A stretch of DNA of 64,000 nucleotides from Octopus vulgaris (GCA_951406725.2 OX597821.1:27280001-27344000), one strand, 5' to 3'. Positions 26,117-40,659 are shown, counted from the stretch's first letter. Translations and numbers: made by a program. The notes: a model not told the origin generated them from the letters alone.

Positions 26117-29100
26117 TGGTTGTTCTCGGCGGCGATTTAAGACGCGTTTTTCATAGCTCCGTAAGGCTGGTTTTTGTTATTTTTTCAAGTTTATTGACTG
26201 TTTGTTTTGTTTTCCGAACCCCTTTTGGTGTGCAGAAAGGGGTTCTTTTGTTGAAAATTCCCCCTTTTCGGGACGATTTTTGGACTTTTTGTTCATTTAC
26301 AATATTTCTTGCTTTCCGTTTGACGAAAAAAAAAAAAAAAACCAGCATGGCTTCTTCTGTCGAGGGGAGTGGTAGTGGCTGTTCTGACGAACAGTACTGT
26401 GAAGAGTTCCTGCTTCTGAACAGCACAAGTACGAACATCACTAACAGCAACAGCACTAACAAGGAAAATGAAAATCGTAAGCCAAAAAAAAAAAAGACCA
26501 CCGACATGAACAGAATAAACATTAACGAAAAGGAAGAATCGAACAAGAAAAACAATAACAAACAAAACGGCAACGGTTCCGCCTCGGCGGCGATACAAAC
26601 GAAATAAATGTATGCTGGCTGCTAGCGGCTGTCCTCTATGATATAGAGGATAGTGCCAGAAACCTGGACGGCTCAGGGATTAGAGCTTCTTGTTCAAATT
26701 GATCAAGAGGACATAAACTCTATCCCTGTTACCATAAATCTATCAGACGGTAATAGACTGCACGTGGCCGTGGAGCGCAGGCGGCCGAGATGCTAGTTTT
26801 GTAGGAGCGACCAGCACCTGAAGGTCGACTGCCCGCAAGTGACAAGAGAAGCGGGGTCACAACTAGTGCAGCAGCAGCAGCAGCAATGCCATCACACTCA
26901 GCAACTGCGATGCCGCCTCCAACAGTCACCAGGGCACCACCAACACCAACACCAACACCGGAGGGAATGACACCACCAGCCGGAATGCCGCAACCAGCCG
27001 AAGTGGCACAGCCAGTCGGAGCACCACCGCCAACAACAATATTAGTCGGAGTACCACCACAACCACCAGCCGGAGTACCACCAACAACATCCGGAGTACC
27101 AGCAACAACATCCGGAGTACCACCAACAACATCCGGAGTACCACCACCACCACCACCACCACCACCAACAACAACAACATATGGACACTCCCCAAAATGA
27201 ACAGCCAAAGAATATCTCCCTTTCCAATCAAAACTACTGGGACTGTTTGAGCATTGAAATCGAGAAGCGGAAGTGGCAAACTGTCCCCCTCCCAAAAAAG
27301 AAAAAACAACAACAATGGAAGTAAAGAGGGGGAGGTGCAGAGGGGAGAAAATTCCCATCAGCAGCAATGCACACAACAACAACAACAGCACCAGCACAAA
27401 CACCACCAACCTCACAGCCATGGAAACCGACAACACAGACCCCATAAAGACCCAGGCACCACAATGGAAGATACATACAGATTTTAAAATGCAACAAGAA
27501 ACATACATTTGAAACTAAACTTTCCAAATGCTGTTGGCTCTTTCCCAAAGACTTTCTCCAAAAGATTGAAAAAGAATCTCGTGGAAACGTCCACAACAAA
27601 GACCAAGGTGACAATACTGCCGTACGATGGCAAGTAGAGCTCTTCTCTAAATTTATTTTTACAATGGTCATGATCAGAATAGGCTGTGTAAATGTCAGTG
27701 GCCTCGGGTCGCCTTGGAAACAAGGTCCCCTTTTAAATGACCTGAGGTCCCTTAGTGTAGATGTTGCAGCCATCAGAGCCCTGATCACCTTTTTCGGTGG
27801 ATACGAGAACTACCTATCTACGTCGGTGTTGGTACTGCGGTGTTTTCCCGCAAGGGTCTGGATTTGAAAATAAAGGCAGTCTTCCTGGAATGTTGGTGGA
27901 ACTAAATGTGAACAGTAGTGACCGCGGTGCTTTGAGACTGGTGGCCGCCTATGCTCCGACAGGGGCAGGGTGATCTGATTACCTCAAGCGTCTGGAGGTT
28001 TTCCTGGGAACGTCTCGGTTTTTAGGATTAGTAGGGGATTGGAACGATGTCTCGTATGGACATTTTGAATGCATGGGCGAATGAGATAGGAGAGGGGCTG
28101 CAAAAGCCTCAAAAACCGGCCAGCACGTTTTCCATTGTGTGACAGGTACCGACTAGATTACTCGAATGTGCCAATGTGGACTTGGACAAACTGTATCGGG
28201 TCATCTAGATCGTATCTTGAGAGGGTATTTTGTAGGCCAGCGGATAAGGATAATATAGGGTGTCCACAAATTCACAAGGTCAGATACACTGACCACAAAT
28301 TTGGGATCAGTACGGTCGACTTAGATTGGCTTCATAGACATGGTCCTGGTTACTGTAAGCTGAGCACGTCGTTACCAGCGTGAGAAGCTTATAAGAACCG
28401 GATTAGCAACTTAGTTAAGCGGGCGTTGACGGGTGCAATCTTCAACAACAGCTGGTGATTTGCTCTTCAAACAGCAATTAGAGTAGAATCGGTTAATTTT
28501 AGCAAGGCATTAGCGGCAGAAAGAAATAGAATAGAGGGAGATTTAGTTAGAAAGTTAGATAGGCGCTTAGGACAGGCATCGCAACTGACGTGTTGGTGGC
28601 CAGATTGGCCCTCAACCACTTTTTCAACGCCAAACACGAAGGATGCATTGTCAGAGCTAAGATACGTTTACAAAGCGGAGAGAGAAAGAAAGTGTCACGA
28701 TGGACCCGCGTGGTAGAGGCGAAAAGTGGCAATAAAGCCACCATTCGGTCTTTGGTGGACCAGAGCGGATGCATGGTGTTCGAGACGAAACAGATGCGTG
28801 CGGCTTTTCAGAGGCACTTTACTCGACTGTTCGTGACGAATGGTAGGACGGATAAAAGGGAAAACTTCAGTCTGTTTCTGGCCAGCCTGCCACGACTCTC
28901 GGTGAACGAACCGGAGTGCTACGAAAGGCCGATAACAACCGCGGAAATAAAGGAAGCAATGAAGAGTTGCACCGGGTTTGTATGGTTTACCCTACGAGTT
29001 TTATACGTCCATGCCAGACTTGTTTGCGGGTCTCTTAGCAAATGTCTACTGCAACTGGCATCAAAATGGGAGAATTCCTACTTATTTCTGTCGAGGTGTA

Positions 29101-30460
29101 GATCCATTGCTGAGAAAGGACCCAAATAAGAAGGCGGGTCATGGTGGTTTATAATGAAGTTCAGGCCCATCACTCTACTCAATGGAGAGTTGAAGATTCA
29201 TTGAGAAGATGAGAAACAAAGCTCGCATGGGTGGGGCTTTGATCAATTTAGATCAATCTAAAGCTTTTGATAGGGTCGACTATCAATATTTGTCAGCTGT
29301 CCTCAGGGTAGATAGTTTAGGTTCAGTTTCAACAGCCACTTAATAGAGGGCTGAGTATGCCGTGGTCACTGATGCGCTGACATGTGCTGAGGTTGCGGCA
29401 TCTGCAGCGTTTCCTTGACGGTAAGCAGGTGTGGTCACCGTTTGTAAGACACGCTTTTCCACAGCTCGTCACTTTGACTGAGCTGCAATCCTGGATTAGG
29501 CGTATGCCGAGGAGGGGCGCTTGGCACCTCGAGTGCCCTGAAGCGCTCACAGCACTCCTCCAGGCGGGCATTGCGGTCGGTGGTAGTTCTCTCTAGCGTT
29601 CTATAGAGGGATAGTGGAGGGAAAGTGCGACAACGTCCTCGGGGAAACTCTGGGTGTCGATGAAGATCAACTAACCGATCTGTTTCAGAGAACTTTCGAT
29701 CTTGGGCCTATGGATAACGTCCAGAAATCCATTGCCTGTCAGTGCTACTGAGGGTCGATGCCTGTTCGAGAATTAAACTTTCCAGGCAGGGATGTGCTGT
29801 CAGCTGGGCCTGCCCGAGGTGCGCCCAGAACGCTGAAACCATTCTGCACGCCCTAGTCCTGTGACTGAGTATCTGACCTGTGGGTTTATGTCGAACACCT
29901 GCTGTCGCATGTGGTACAGATCTGACTATCATCTGAATCCATTGTGAAGATTGCCCAGCCACCCATTTTTGGTCGAGAGGAGCAGGCAATTTTTATTTGT
30001 CTAGTTGCTGTAGCGAAAGTGGTATTATGGTGGATACGTTTGAAAGGGCGAAAAACAGGCACTTTCCTCTTTGGCCATGCATTCATCGACTTTTTCTGTC
30101 AGGTTTCACTTGAAAAGGAAGTTGAGTGTGGAGAGGGAAGTGTTGCCTTGTATCAAGTTTGTTGAAAGGTAGGTGAACGTTGCAAGAATGGCCAGTGTGA
30201 AAGGACCAATTCTGAGCGTGCATCTGTAAAAAGGGAATCAAAGGACTCTTACTTTGTTGTTCAGGCATCCGTAGCTTGTTTTGGTTTGTCCACGACGTCC
30301 TTTAGAACGTCTCCACTAATGAGAGTTTTAAATTGCTTAATTTTAATTGTTATTTATATTGTTTACACGTTGTAAATACCTTCTTTTATTATATCTTGTC
30401 TTTTATGTATGTCTTTTCATGTAATTTTATATGAGCCCTTGTGGCCAATAAACAAATTAT
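26117..30460 (+). mobile_element. L1/Tx1-clade LINE, near full length with internal deletions, inactivated
   Basis: ORF1 starts at 26347 (MASSVEG..; CCHC knuckle RRPRC*FCRSDQHLKVDCP at ~26780-26835; Pro/Thr repeats). ORF2 from 27664 has APE motifs (IGCVNVSGL, VAAYAPT, VGDWND, WTWTN, YTDHK), RT motifs (FRPITLLN..KI, LDQSKAFDRVD) and C-terminal CPRCAQNAETILHAL. AATAAA lies at ~30448. Confidence 0.93.
27040..27180 (+). repeat. 21-bp minisatellite (CCGGAGTACCACCAACAACAT) within ORF1
   Basis: About 4-5 imperfect units encoding GVPPTTS, followed by (CCA)n(ACA)n. Confidence 0.85.
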
Positions 30461-30464
30461 TATT

Positions 30465-31830
30465 TGTTGCTTTTGGCGGTAAATCACACGTTCTGGAGCT
30501 CCAGAAGCTGTTTAAAATTTTGTTGTCCCAATGTGTTAAAATTTTATTTTTATTCTTTAATTATTGTTGCAAGCTAGCTGCCCGCCTAGGGAGCTATTTT
30601 TTGTTGAAAATCAAAGCCCCTAAAATATCAACAGTGGTAGTGACTGAGTGAGGAAGTGTGAGCGAGAGGTTGAACAGCGAATTCGACAAGGACTTCCCCG
30701 CCCTCAACACCACTATTTTTCCAGCACAGAAAAAGGAGGAGGAGAGGAAAGAAGGAAAGAATGATATTGACACCACCACCACCACCACCACCACCACCAC
30801 CACAAACATGAATAGCAACAAATCAAGCAGTAATGGTTTTCTCTCGGCAGCGAAACAAGCTAAAGAAATAATAAATTTAACGACTGATGAAAAAAAAAAA
30901 TGCAAAGCGGGTGTTAAAGAGGGAAGTAAACAATGTCTTCATTAACAACCCTCAAGATTTGATAAATCGAAAAACAGTAATCTACAGAATTTTAAATATA
31001 AAGAAGAAAAGGGTAGACCGAGCTACCCAACAACAATTGGACATGGCCTTGAAACCTGTTTGAACCAACAAAATGTATGTGACAAGAAGAAAACGCTTCG
31101 GAGCTGTGGAACAGAGTATTTCAATGGAGCAGGGGGCAAGAGAACATTCCACGGTGTCCCCGCAAACGGCGCGTTACCAAAATTAAAATTGGGAAGGTGC
31201 CCCCTGAAATAAATATATGTTGGCTGCTGGCGGCTGTCCTATTTGACACCGCCACAATACTGGAGGTGCATAAGTTGCATCAGCAAAATCGGTCGGGTTG
31301 GAGCTCCTTGTTCAAATTGAACAAGGAATTTAATACGTGGCCCGATAAACCTGTCTAACGGCACCAGACTATTCTTGCCTGCGGCGGGCAGGGTGCCAAG
31401 GTGCAACTTCTGTAGAAATGATCAACACCTCAAGGTTGACTGCCCCATATACAAAGAGGTACATCGGCCGCTACAAACAACACCGGTGCCGGAGCCACAT
31501 CCAGTATAGTAACAGCAACAACAGCAGATACAGCAGCAGCAGGAACCAGTGGTCGCCGCATCACCAACATCAACACCATCACCACCAGCAACAACGACGG
31601 CGTCTCCAGCTGTCACCATGGCACCACCAACACCAACAACTAAGACACTAGCAGCCGGTGTACCAGCACTAGCAGCCGGAATACCACTACCATCAGCCGG
31701 ATTACCACCCCCACCAGCAGCAGTAAACCTCTACCGAAAGCTACTACAGCAGTAGCAGTAGCAACAGATGAACCCCAAAAAAGGGAGAGGGAAAATATTA
31801 AACAACCTTGCTGAGAAAGGAATACAGAAA
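30465..31830 (+). mobile_element. Second L1/Tx1 element, 5' UTR plus degraded ORF1 only
   Basis: 5' end TTGTTGCTTTTGGCGG..AGCTCC parallels 26120. KIKIGKVPPEINICWLLAAVL is present, and the knuckle GRVPRCNFCRNDQHLKVDCP (~31390-31446) is homologous to the first copy. Confidence 0.85.
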
Positions 31831-33589
31831 CTCAGACAAATACATAATCTAACAACGATTAGAATTCTGGTGTCTTTCAAGGAATATGGTCGCGAAGTGG
31901 ATGAATTACATGTTTCTTTCCAATATCATAATGACTTTTCCGACGAGCATACTCTTAGTTGAATATATTTAAGCAACTGACTTGGGTTCACATTAGAATC
32001 ATGGAGAGTTACTTTGATGCCTAATAAGATGTAAATGTGGTAGCGGTCAGTTAAATTACAATTTCCAGGCCACTTACATCAGGTCTTTACAATCACGAGA
32101 TATCCACCAGAGTTTGTTGGCCAGGGTCAGATGGTGGGGTAGAATTCTCTTTTGAAGTCATGACTTTCACTTATAGACGGCCTTCTTACACACACGCGAA
32201 AATAGTTGCTTCTAATAAATTACAACATATACTATACCCACAACATCTGATTCTGCACCATGAGTTGCAGGGTGGTCTGGGTTCTTCAAATCTCCAGAAA
32301 ACGATTCACTGTAATTTTTATTATTTAGTGAGAGATTAGAACGGTATTTTGCATGCTCAGTGGAATGGTATGAGGTTAGCCGATAAGATGGTGAGCGTGT
32401 AAAAGCTTTGGAAAGCTGTTCAGTCCATTCCAACTACCTAATAGTTATCAATTCGATTTCCCCTAAATAGTAAAATGCCTGATATGATACAAATTAGAGC
32501 TAGTTAAGTTAGTTATTAGCTCAAATGGGTGATGTAGTACGGTATTTCAAGAGTTTAAAATGGTCGGTTACAAAACATGATCGATCTTGATGGGATCACT
32601 GATGAACAACCGATGTTGAGTTGTCTTGAAGATGGTCATTAGAATAAAATTGATTCGTTTCAGCAAAGAAGAAATGAAGCAATGATCCATTAAACAGCAA
32701 GCTAGAGAAAGATATGGTGACAAACGATCTATCAGCAAGAATAACTCACGATTATTTCTTTTACACAAAAGGACAAGCTTGCGTTGTATGTTCAAAGACA
32801 CGAAGCTACTAAAGACAACCGATGCTCACAGGTAGTGAGAGCACGACTATGATTAAACAATGATATAATTTGCACTTGGTAAAGGAACGAATTTCATCTA
32901 TTCGAATCATAACAGAAATGTACATCTGTTTAGTGGAAATTTAATCAAATGTTCAGGAAAAAGGTTAGTAATAGTGAGTGGAATTTTATGTCTATCTTGA
33001 TGATATTGCGTAACTCTAATCTTAAAACTCACAATGCAGCAAAAAATAACTGAGAAGAAAGTTAAATGATTTTAAGAAGTACTTACCTTTCGGTTTCGAG
33101 GTTTTGTTGTATGGGTTTTAAATTTCAGACTTGTTTATGTTTATAACTGCTAACTGACGTCTTGGCTGACATATACAGCAACGTGTAACAGAACGAGTGT
33201 TTCCATTCCTGTGAGCATTGTTAGTGCTCCTCTGCATGAGAGCTAGCTTGTGAGACGTAATCGACCATTTTGATATGGTAAAACTTTGCCATACTACAGA
33301 TACCCTTTCCCAGCGATTGGATTGTTTCCACATCAAAATCCATGTGTTTAAAAGAAAAAAATAACGTGCTATCAATCACAAATGAATGAAATACTCGTCG
33401 CATTAAGAATGTTCTCTTCAGCTAATGCTGCAAAAGCTGAACGATATACCGTTCGAAAAGTGAGAGACGGAAAACGTGCGGACATATGCACATGAAGCTT
33501 CTGAGTATCATATTTCATTCAGTACTCAACTGACCAGATTAAAAGTGGTTTGTTAGGTAACCAATGTGCTATTACTATGAAAATTTTCC

Positions 33590-33768
33590 TTCTCGCGTCA
33601 CACCGACCTATAAGGGATGGTTTCTCGGTTTCCAAGGCGTCGCAGGATTAATCATTTTAGCAAGCTGAGTGGATTGGAGCAACGTGGAATGAAGTGTTTT
33701 GCTCAAGAATCGAAACCACAATCTTCCGATCATGAGTTCAACACCCTAATCACAAAGCCACGTGCGTC
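33590..33768 (-). mobile_element. tRNA-derived CORE-type SINE, family D, internally deleted
   Basis: Minus strand reads GGACGCACGTGGCTTTGTGATTAGGGTG..GGTTTCGATTCTTGAGCAAAACAC. Confidence 0.65.
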
Positions 33769-34321
33769 CACAATGTGCTGTCATTACATCTAAGCAAAAA
33801 CTTCGGTATACCATATGTAATGATCCGCGTCCATACACTTAGAATATGGTAAATTCTTCAGTAATTTCTGGACTAAACGCAGGCATCACCCTGTTTTGTT
33901 ACGCACATTTTGCTTCTTTTCATCTCTTCAAGCTTTTCGCTGTCCTGGTTCAAGCTAAGTCAAGTTATATTGTCTGGAATTATGAACTGTTGTTGCAAAG
34001 TGCACACAATATTCTACCAAAATACTTCTGCAGATCAAGTTGCATTCCAGAAATTAGATTACAAACATCAGTATCACAGATGTTATAATGTTGAATATTT
34101 CTATAATGAAACGGATTAACTGGCAGAACTATGAGATTGCCAGGCAAATTGTTTCCAGATTTAGTTCCGATCCCATAGATTCTGAATTCTATACCTACCG
34201 AATTCAACTCTGCGTTCCGTCGGTCAGATATCGATTAAACATATTAACACGAAAATCCTGGGGTTAACATAATCCGACATTACTGGATTGTAAGTATAAA
34301 TGAAAGAATGAAGCAAAAAGC

Positions 34322-34735
34322 ATTCTTCTTCTTATTATTATTCTTGTTCTTGTTGTTCTTCTTGTTCTTGTTCTTGTTCTTCTTCTTCTTGTTCTTGTTC
34401 TTCTTGTTCTTGTTCTTGTTCTTGTTCTTGTTCTTGTTTTTGTTCTTTTTCTTCTTCGTCGTCTTCTTTTTCTTCTTCTTCTTCTTCGTCGTCGTCTCCT
34501 TCTTTTTCTTCTTCTTTTTATTTTTCTTCTTCTTCTTGTTATTATTATTATCAGTATTCTTCTTCTTCGTATTATTATCATTATTATTATTATTATTATT
34601 ATTATGATCATCATCATCGTCGTCGTCGTCGTCGTCGTCATCAACATCAACATCATCTCAGTTCTTGTTGTTGTTGATGTTATAACTATTATTGGTATTG
34701 CTATCATCATCATCATCGTCGTCGTCATCAATATC
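34322..34735. repeat. Compound trinucleotide/hexanucleotide microsatellite (TTC, TTCTTG, TTA, TCA, TCG)
   Basis: Read directly from the sequence. Confidence 0.97.
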
Positions 34736-36894
34736 ATTTTTTTGCCTGTCCATGTTTATGTCTGACCCTGTTTTGGATAACATTTCATTGATTTTTGAAA
34801 TATTGGATGATTATGTCTGTGTTCTGTTGCGAAGAGTTATCATTAAAAAAGGTGAGAAATTAGTTTTCAATTTTCTTTTTGCCCAGTGTGCGAATTAGAG
34901 TATTTTTGAAATCTTTTGTTTTAATTTTTTTTAATCACATTCCAACACGATAGTTTGTATTGGAGTAATAGGAAGAGAAAAGAATTACAGTTTTGGTAGC
35001 AAATACGTAAACAAATATGTACTCAATCAAAACAAATTTAGGAACAGAACCTTCACACACATTACCAAAAGCGGTAATTCTTGTAAAAACTATGCTAGAG
35101 TCGCCATGCAAATAGACACACACGGGAAATTCACTTTGACAATATTGCTTGAAACATTACAGAGATAGGACTGAAGCATAATGCTAAACAACAAGCTACC
35201 AGCCCTCACATTAAAATACGAAACAGATATTTGTGATACTAGAAATAGATTTAAAACTAAAAACCGAAGACCTACGTCTCAGTAGTACCAGGTCATCCCC
35301 TTACAGTTATGGGGCAAATATGAAAAAGGAAGAGGTCGGTAAACGGATAACAGTAATGAGAAAAAGGAAAGTTTTTCATAGACAAAAAGCAAAACAAAAT
35401 TCTTAAGCTGAAACTGATAAGAATTCATACGCAGCTCAAATCTCAAAGAAAATAGTGCAGATATGCATGATTGGTTCAAGACAATTTAGAAGAGAGTTTG
35501 ATCTACGAAATAATTTTAGGCGTAAGGTAGTATGCTCCTTGAAAAGAGAGAGGACCATCATTCTTTCTTTCTAGATTCTATACTGAAGTTGCTCAAGAGA
35601 ACATTTCGGACATGTAGTAATCGATACTTGTTTGAAATGCGGTAAGTAGATATGTATGAAAATTATGCGTGAGTCCTTACCTACACTATGTGGTTATGTA
35701 TACTCCTTACATACTATGTCTCTTAATATGTATGTGCATGTATATTCATCAAACTATTTATTGTAATGTATTTCTAATTTGACATTTACCAGAAAATGTC
35801 AGCAAGAAATCCTACTCAAAGCACACACATACACACATACCTAAACACACACACACAAACACATATGCACACACGCACAAAATCACACACACGTACGCAG
35901 ACGCTCCACATACTCCCACACGCATAAACACAAAAAAGGGCTTTGATAACTACACAGAATACATGCAAATGAGAAATTTAAACAAAAAAAAAATGGGGAA
36001 AGAAAATTGATGATATTGCAAAACAAACAAACAAATGATATTTTCAACGAAATAAATATTTTGTTATTTTTTAAATAGGAGTAAGAGCTGTTTCGACAAC
36101 TATTTTAACAATAACAACAATAATGGTAGCATCCGCTACGAGGCTAACAACAGCAACACGGTTTCTCATACACAGTTTTTAAAAACGTAAAGTTCAGTAG
36201 TGAAATCTCAGATAGAAATATTTGTTCAGGACTGGAAAAAGAAAAATAATGTTTTTGCATAATTATACATCACGAAATATGCAGGGATGTTTTATATGTC
36301 TTCCAAATAAGGATTTCCTGATGAGCTAACTAAAGTGCTGCGCCATGTATTGAATGATGGTAATCGCAAGGCTGTGCTATCTAGTCTTGCAGCATTGAAG
36401 ACAAGAGAAAACAGGAAATGGCTATATCAAGATAGAAACGTATACAAAGGTGTGTAGCGCATTATATGTTTCACGCCATTACGAAGTTCAAGTGTTGTTC
36501 GGCCATTCCATTTGCCTTTTCCCAGAGTTTCGAACAAATATGGAATCTACTTACTCCGTGGTATTGGCCCCTCTTTGTGTCGAGCCACTACTTATAGTTT
36601 TTTCTACGTCAGATATTTTTAGCTCCTCTGTATCCCTATCTTTATATGGATGCTCCGAAAGTATGGGTTGATTCTTCTTTTGTCAGCATATGAGCCCTTT
36701 GTATTTCGGGTATTTCCCCCTGTACTGCGGACACAAAGATAAAATGGACTTGATTAGGAGTATTCTGTAAGCAGTAGAAAAAGCAGCGGCTGTTGTTATA
36801 TCTGTGTCCTGCTATTTTTGATGCTAATACACCTGCAGCAGTTTCTTTACCTATATTTTCTTTGCAATCCTCTGCTTCCAGAAACAATGGCCAT

Positions 36895-37058
<164 letters not shown>

Positions 37059-37199
37059 GCAAAACGGCATTCTACCATGTGTCAAAATATCTGCCTACAC
37101 GGCTCTCCGCTTTCGCAGTGAGGTAAAGATCTGCGTTAGCCTTATGCCGTTAGGTCACGGATAGTTACACTGTTAAGATATTCAGTGAGCTGGCTTCTG

Positions 37200-37622
37200 T
37201 TGATTTCTAGACCTACATTGTGCTAGAGCACCGAAGGCCGGATATAGTAACCTTTAGGAGGCACAAACAAAAGTGCCCATTAATCGACGTAGCAGTACTA
37301 GGAGATAAACATATTATCATTAAAAAAAAAAAGTTGATAAATATGGAGCCTGAGAATTGAAATCGATTAGATGTGACAGCTACGAGAGTTGAAAATGGTT
37401 ATCAGAGCATTGTGCTCAATGCCACTCATCTGAAAACCTTAGAAATCTAGATATATTGCAGAAGTCGGCATTACTTGGAACTGCACGCATATTGCGTAAA
37501 GTACTGTCTCTCTGAGGTCATTGCAGTGACTTGAAAAAGAGTAGATACAATATCCTCAGTCAACAACCCCACGATATTGCAAACTGTGCGACTTCTATAA
37601 TAATTATAATGATAATAATAAT
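37200..37622 (+). mobile_element. R4/Dong-type 3' fragment (RLE) with TAA-like tail
   Basis: EHRRPDIV..LIDVAVLGD..LQKSALLGTARILRKVLSL*, with TAATAATTATAATGATAATAATA at ~37597-37622. Confidence 0.8.
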
Positions 37623-37829
37623 ACGCACAAGGCCAAGCTTCGTAATAGAATGGATGAAACCATTGCGGACATGACGAACGAATGCCCTAGATTGCCCCAA
37701 ACCACTACAAGTTGTGGCGACACTATAATGAAGTGAAACTCCCACATTGTAACTGTGCGATAAGTGATAGCTAGAGAGAGGGAAGTCTTGGTCTGAAAAA
37801 AAAAACTCGGTAATTGGCGGAATCGGAGA

Positions 37830-38265
37830 CTTGCAAAATCCTCTGCGATTTCCCAATCCCAACAAAGTACTAGTGCATAACAGACCGGGCCTAGCGGTGG
37901 TCAAAAACATGCAACACATGTGCCTTGTAGGTGATGTTGCGTGTCATTTCTACCCACGAATACGCAACAAGGAATACGATAATGTATATATATATATATA
38001 TAACCCTCTTAAGTCTGGTGATAGAAAATAAAGAGGAAGAAGAAAATAGAGCCAAGTATTGTTGGGTTCTTGGGGCCGGTATCAGAAGGAATCAAGAGCA
38101 ATGTAAAAGAAATTGTCATAGAGTACCCAGTAGAATTATTACCAAAAGTTTGCCTCCATGGTACGGCCAGAATAATCAGGAGATGGCATGGTTCCCTAGG
38201 GTGCAGGCAGCTAGGTTGCTGCGCATGCAATACTCGAGGTGTTAAAATGAATTAATAATGCTAAT
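37830..38265 (+). mobile_element. R4/Dong-type 3' fragment (RLE), different subfamily
   Basis: CDFPIP..HNRPGLAVV..CLVGDVACHF..YPVELLPKVCLHGTARIIRR. Confidence 0.72.
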
Positions 38266-38591
38266 TAAAACATTCAATTTAATTTGGATGAGCTGTTTTG
38301 AGTGTTGGAATCTGCGGCAATCCTACGGAAAATCATCTCGTATAGCCGTAAGTGATAGAAAGGCATAAATTATATCAGCAGGCCAAAATTACATGAGCGG
38401 TGGTGGTTTGATGGAATTTTGATCAGCAATTTCGGGTGTGGGGCGTGTCAATTACATGAACCCCATGACGTCACTGGTACTTATCTTATTGTCCAAGGTA
38501 TTATTGAAAGGCAATGTTGACCCCAAACTAAGAAGGTAAAGAACCTATGCATTTTGTCTGGTGCGGTAAACATTCTGTCGCTTTGCTACCA

Positions 38592-38592
38592 A

Positions 38593-38645
<53 letters not shown>

Positions 38646-38800
38646 TAATAATAATAATAATAATAATGAGAAGAAAAGGAAGAAGAAGAAAAAGAAGGGG
38701 AGGAGGTGGAGGAAGAAATAGAAGAAGAAGAAGAAGAAGAAGAAGAAGAAGAAGAAGAAGAAGAAGAAGAAGAAGAAGAAGAAGAAGAAGAAGAAGAAAT
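38592..38800. repeat. (TAA)n(GAA)n compound microsatellite
   Basis: Read directly from the sequence. Confidence 0.97.
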
Positions 38801-40080
38801 AGTTGGAGATAATGGGGAAGTCGATACTATGCCTAATGGTGAAAGAAGTATAGCAGAGAAATAATTCAATGATAAGTATGATAATGATAGTCATAAAAGT
38901 GAAATATATTAGAAATATAAAATCTGTCATTAATTATAAATAATTGTTTTTAGTGACGTAGAAATAAGCAAAAAGAGAGTTTTGTTACGAGTACTGAAAG
39001 AAGTGTGAAAACAAAATAGGTTTCATTATTATATAACAAGTTAATAGATGGTTACAGACAGAATAGAAAAGCCTGCAAATTAAATGAAAAGAGCATGGAA
39101 GAAGAACGTATTAAAATATAAAATCAAACTACAATATAATGAATAATTATAAGGTATGGTAGGGCATACAATAAATTACATATATGAATTTTGTTGAAGC
39201 TATTAAAATCCATGCAATTACTTCGGGAAAGAAGCATTTTATTCTTGCAAAAACATACAAAACTGTTAATTTCAATTTCATTCATTCCATGAGTGAATAA
39301 CAACAGTTTTTTTTTCTGTTGTGTAAGTTCTACTTGCTAGGTATGTATAATTACGAAACATGAAAATTCTCATTTTTTAATAGTTATTGTGAAAGTATTA
39401 TACTTGATATGGTATTAAAGAAAGAAAATGTGGATTGTGACAGGCAATAAAATATCATGCTATTGATGTTTTAACTGATAAATGCCCATTGTTGATTTCG
39501 AAATTGCTCACAAATAATTCCACATTAATTACACATATCTGCATAAGAATCCCTCATATAACATCATCATATGCAGCTTATATAGGTGCACATACATTTG
39601 TCGATTTCTGATTGTGTATTGCTTCTAACAAGGCTTAGCAATGTACCTAGTATATTTCTTGTGGAATTCTACGTAGAATACTAATGTTACCAAGAAATAT
39701 TTGTCGATACTGTATTGCACTTTAATATTTCCTGCTGTAAATGTTTACTTATCGAGAATTAACACTTGTATTATCTATCCATATATAACAGTTGGTACCA
39801 AGATATTTACAATTTCTCATGTCTACTGTGAAATTTCTTGGTTTACTGGAATGTGTACACGACATAGCCGTTTGTGGTTTATTGATAAAATATTTGTTTT
39901 AATTTTGGCATTTTTCTAATATATTCTAGCTGACTATTTCTAGTTCGGTAGCAATTCAGTTAATCTAATCTATTATATGATTATCTGTGTAAATTTATAT
40001 ATCCCTACCTGTGGTGTTATATATATATGAGTGAAAATGTATTTAGTTTGTTCTAGAACTTACTTTATTAAAATTATATA

Positions 40081-40508
40081 CTCTTTTACTCGTTTACTTG
40101 TTTCAGTCATTTGACTGCGACCATGCTGGAGCATCGCCTTTAGTGGAGCAAATCGACCCTAGGACTTATTCTTTGTAAGCCTAGTACTTATTCTATCGGC
40201 TCCTTTGCAGAACCGCTAAGTTACGGGGACTTAAACACACCAGCATCGGTTGTCAAGCGATATTGGGGGAACAAATACAGACACACAAACACACACACAG
40301 GCACACACACTCACACACACACATATATATACACATACATATATACGACGGGCTTCTTTCAGTTTCCGTCTACCAAATCCAGTCACAAGGCTTTGGTCGG
40401 CCCGAGGCTATAGTAGAAGACACTTGCCCAAGTTGCCACGCAGTGGGACTGAACCCGTAACCATGTGGTTGGTAAGCAAGCTACTTACCACACAGCCACT
40501 CCTGCGCC
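40081..40508 (-). mobile_element. Family B SINE, full length
   Basis: Minus head GGCGCAGGAGTGGCTGTGTGG..GGGTTCAGTCCC and a tail of (GTAAAAGA)-like repeats. Confidence 0.92.
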
Positions 40509-40659
40509 CAAATATATACATTATACTTTTTTTTACGACTGTATCTGCTTTAAATCATTCGCCATCCGTAGTAATGAGAAAACTATTCAGCCTACGAGAA
40601 CTTTTGTTCAAAAGAAGATGAAAAGACATTGAATTTGAAGTAAATGATCAAAATGTAAA

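Larger units (their letters stand above)
33422..36449 (+). pseudogene. Putative decayed host-gene exons 33422-33556, 35575-35641 and 36079-36449
   Basis: Canonical AG/GT flanks (e.g. TTCTTTCTAG..GCG|GTAAGT). Phases 1-1, 1-2 and 2-1 chain correctly. The translation is protein-like but has 2 TGA and 3 TAA in frame; no family recognised. Confidence 0.35.

Noticed and set aside
27040-27180. CRISPR-like repeat array (also the 18-bp repeats at 12755-12803)
   Set aside because: The repeats are directly tandem without unique spacers and lie inside retroelement ORFs in eukaryotic DNA.
26729-27788. Long minus-strand ORFs (259 aa and 184 aa)
   Set aside because: They are antisense shadows of the C/A-rich, low-complexity L1/Tx1 ORF1.
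36318-36330. CTGATGAG hammerhead core (also 15676, 32600, 49638, 52448 and 63162)
   Set aside because: No properly placed stem II, GAAA and NUH follow.
36470-36890. Minus-strand RTE-like APE remnant; also a possible PLE N-terminus at 3480-3860(-) and Dong N-terminus at 34940-35520(+)
   Set aside because: Only faint motif echoes, which cannot be supported without profile searches.
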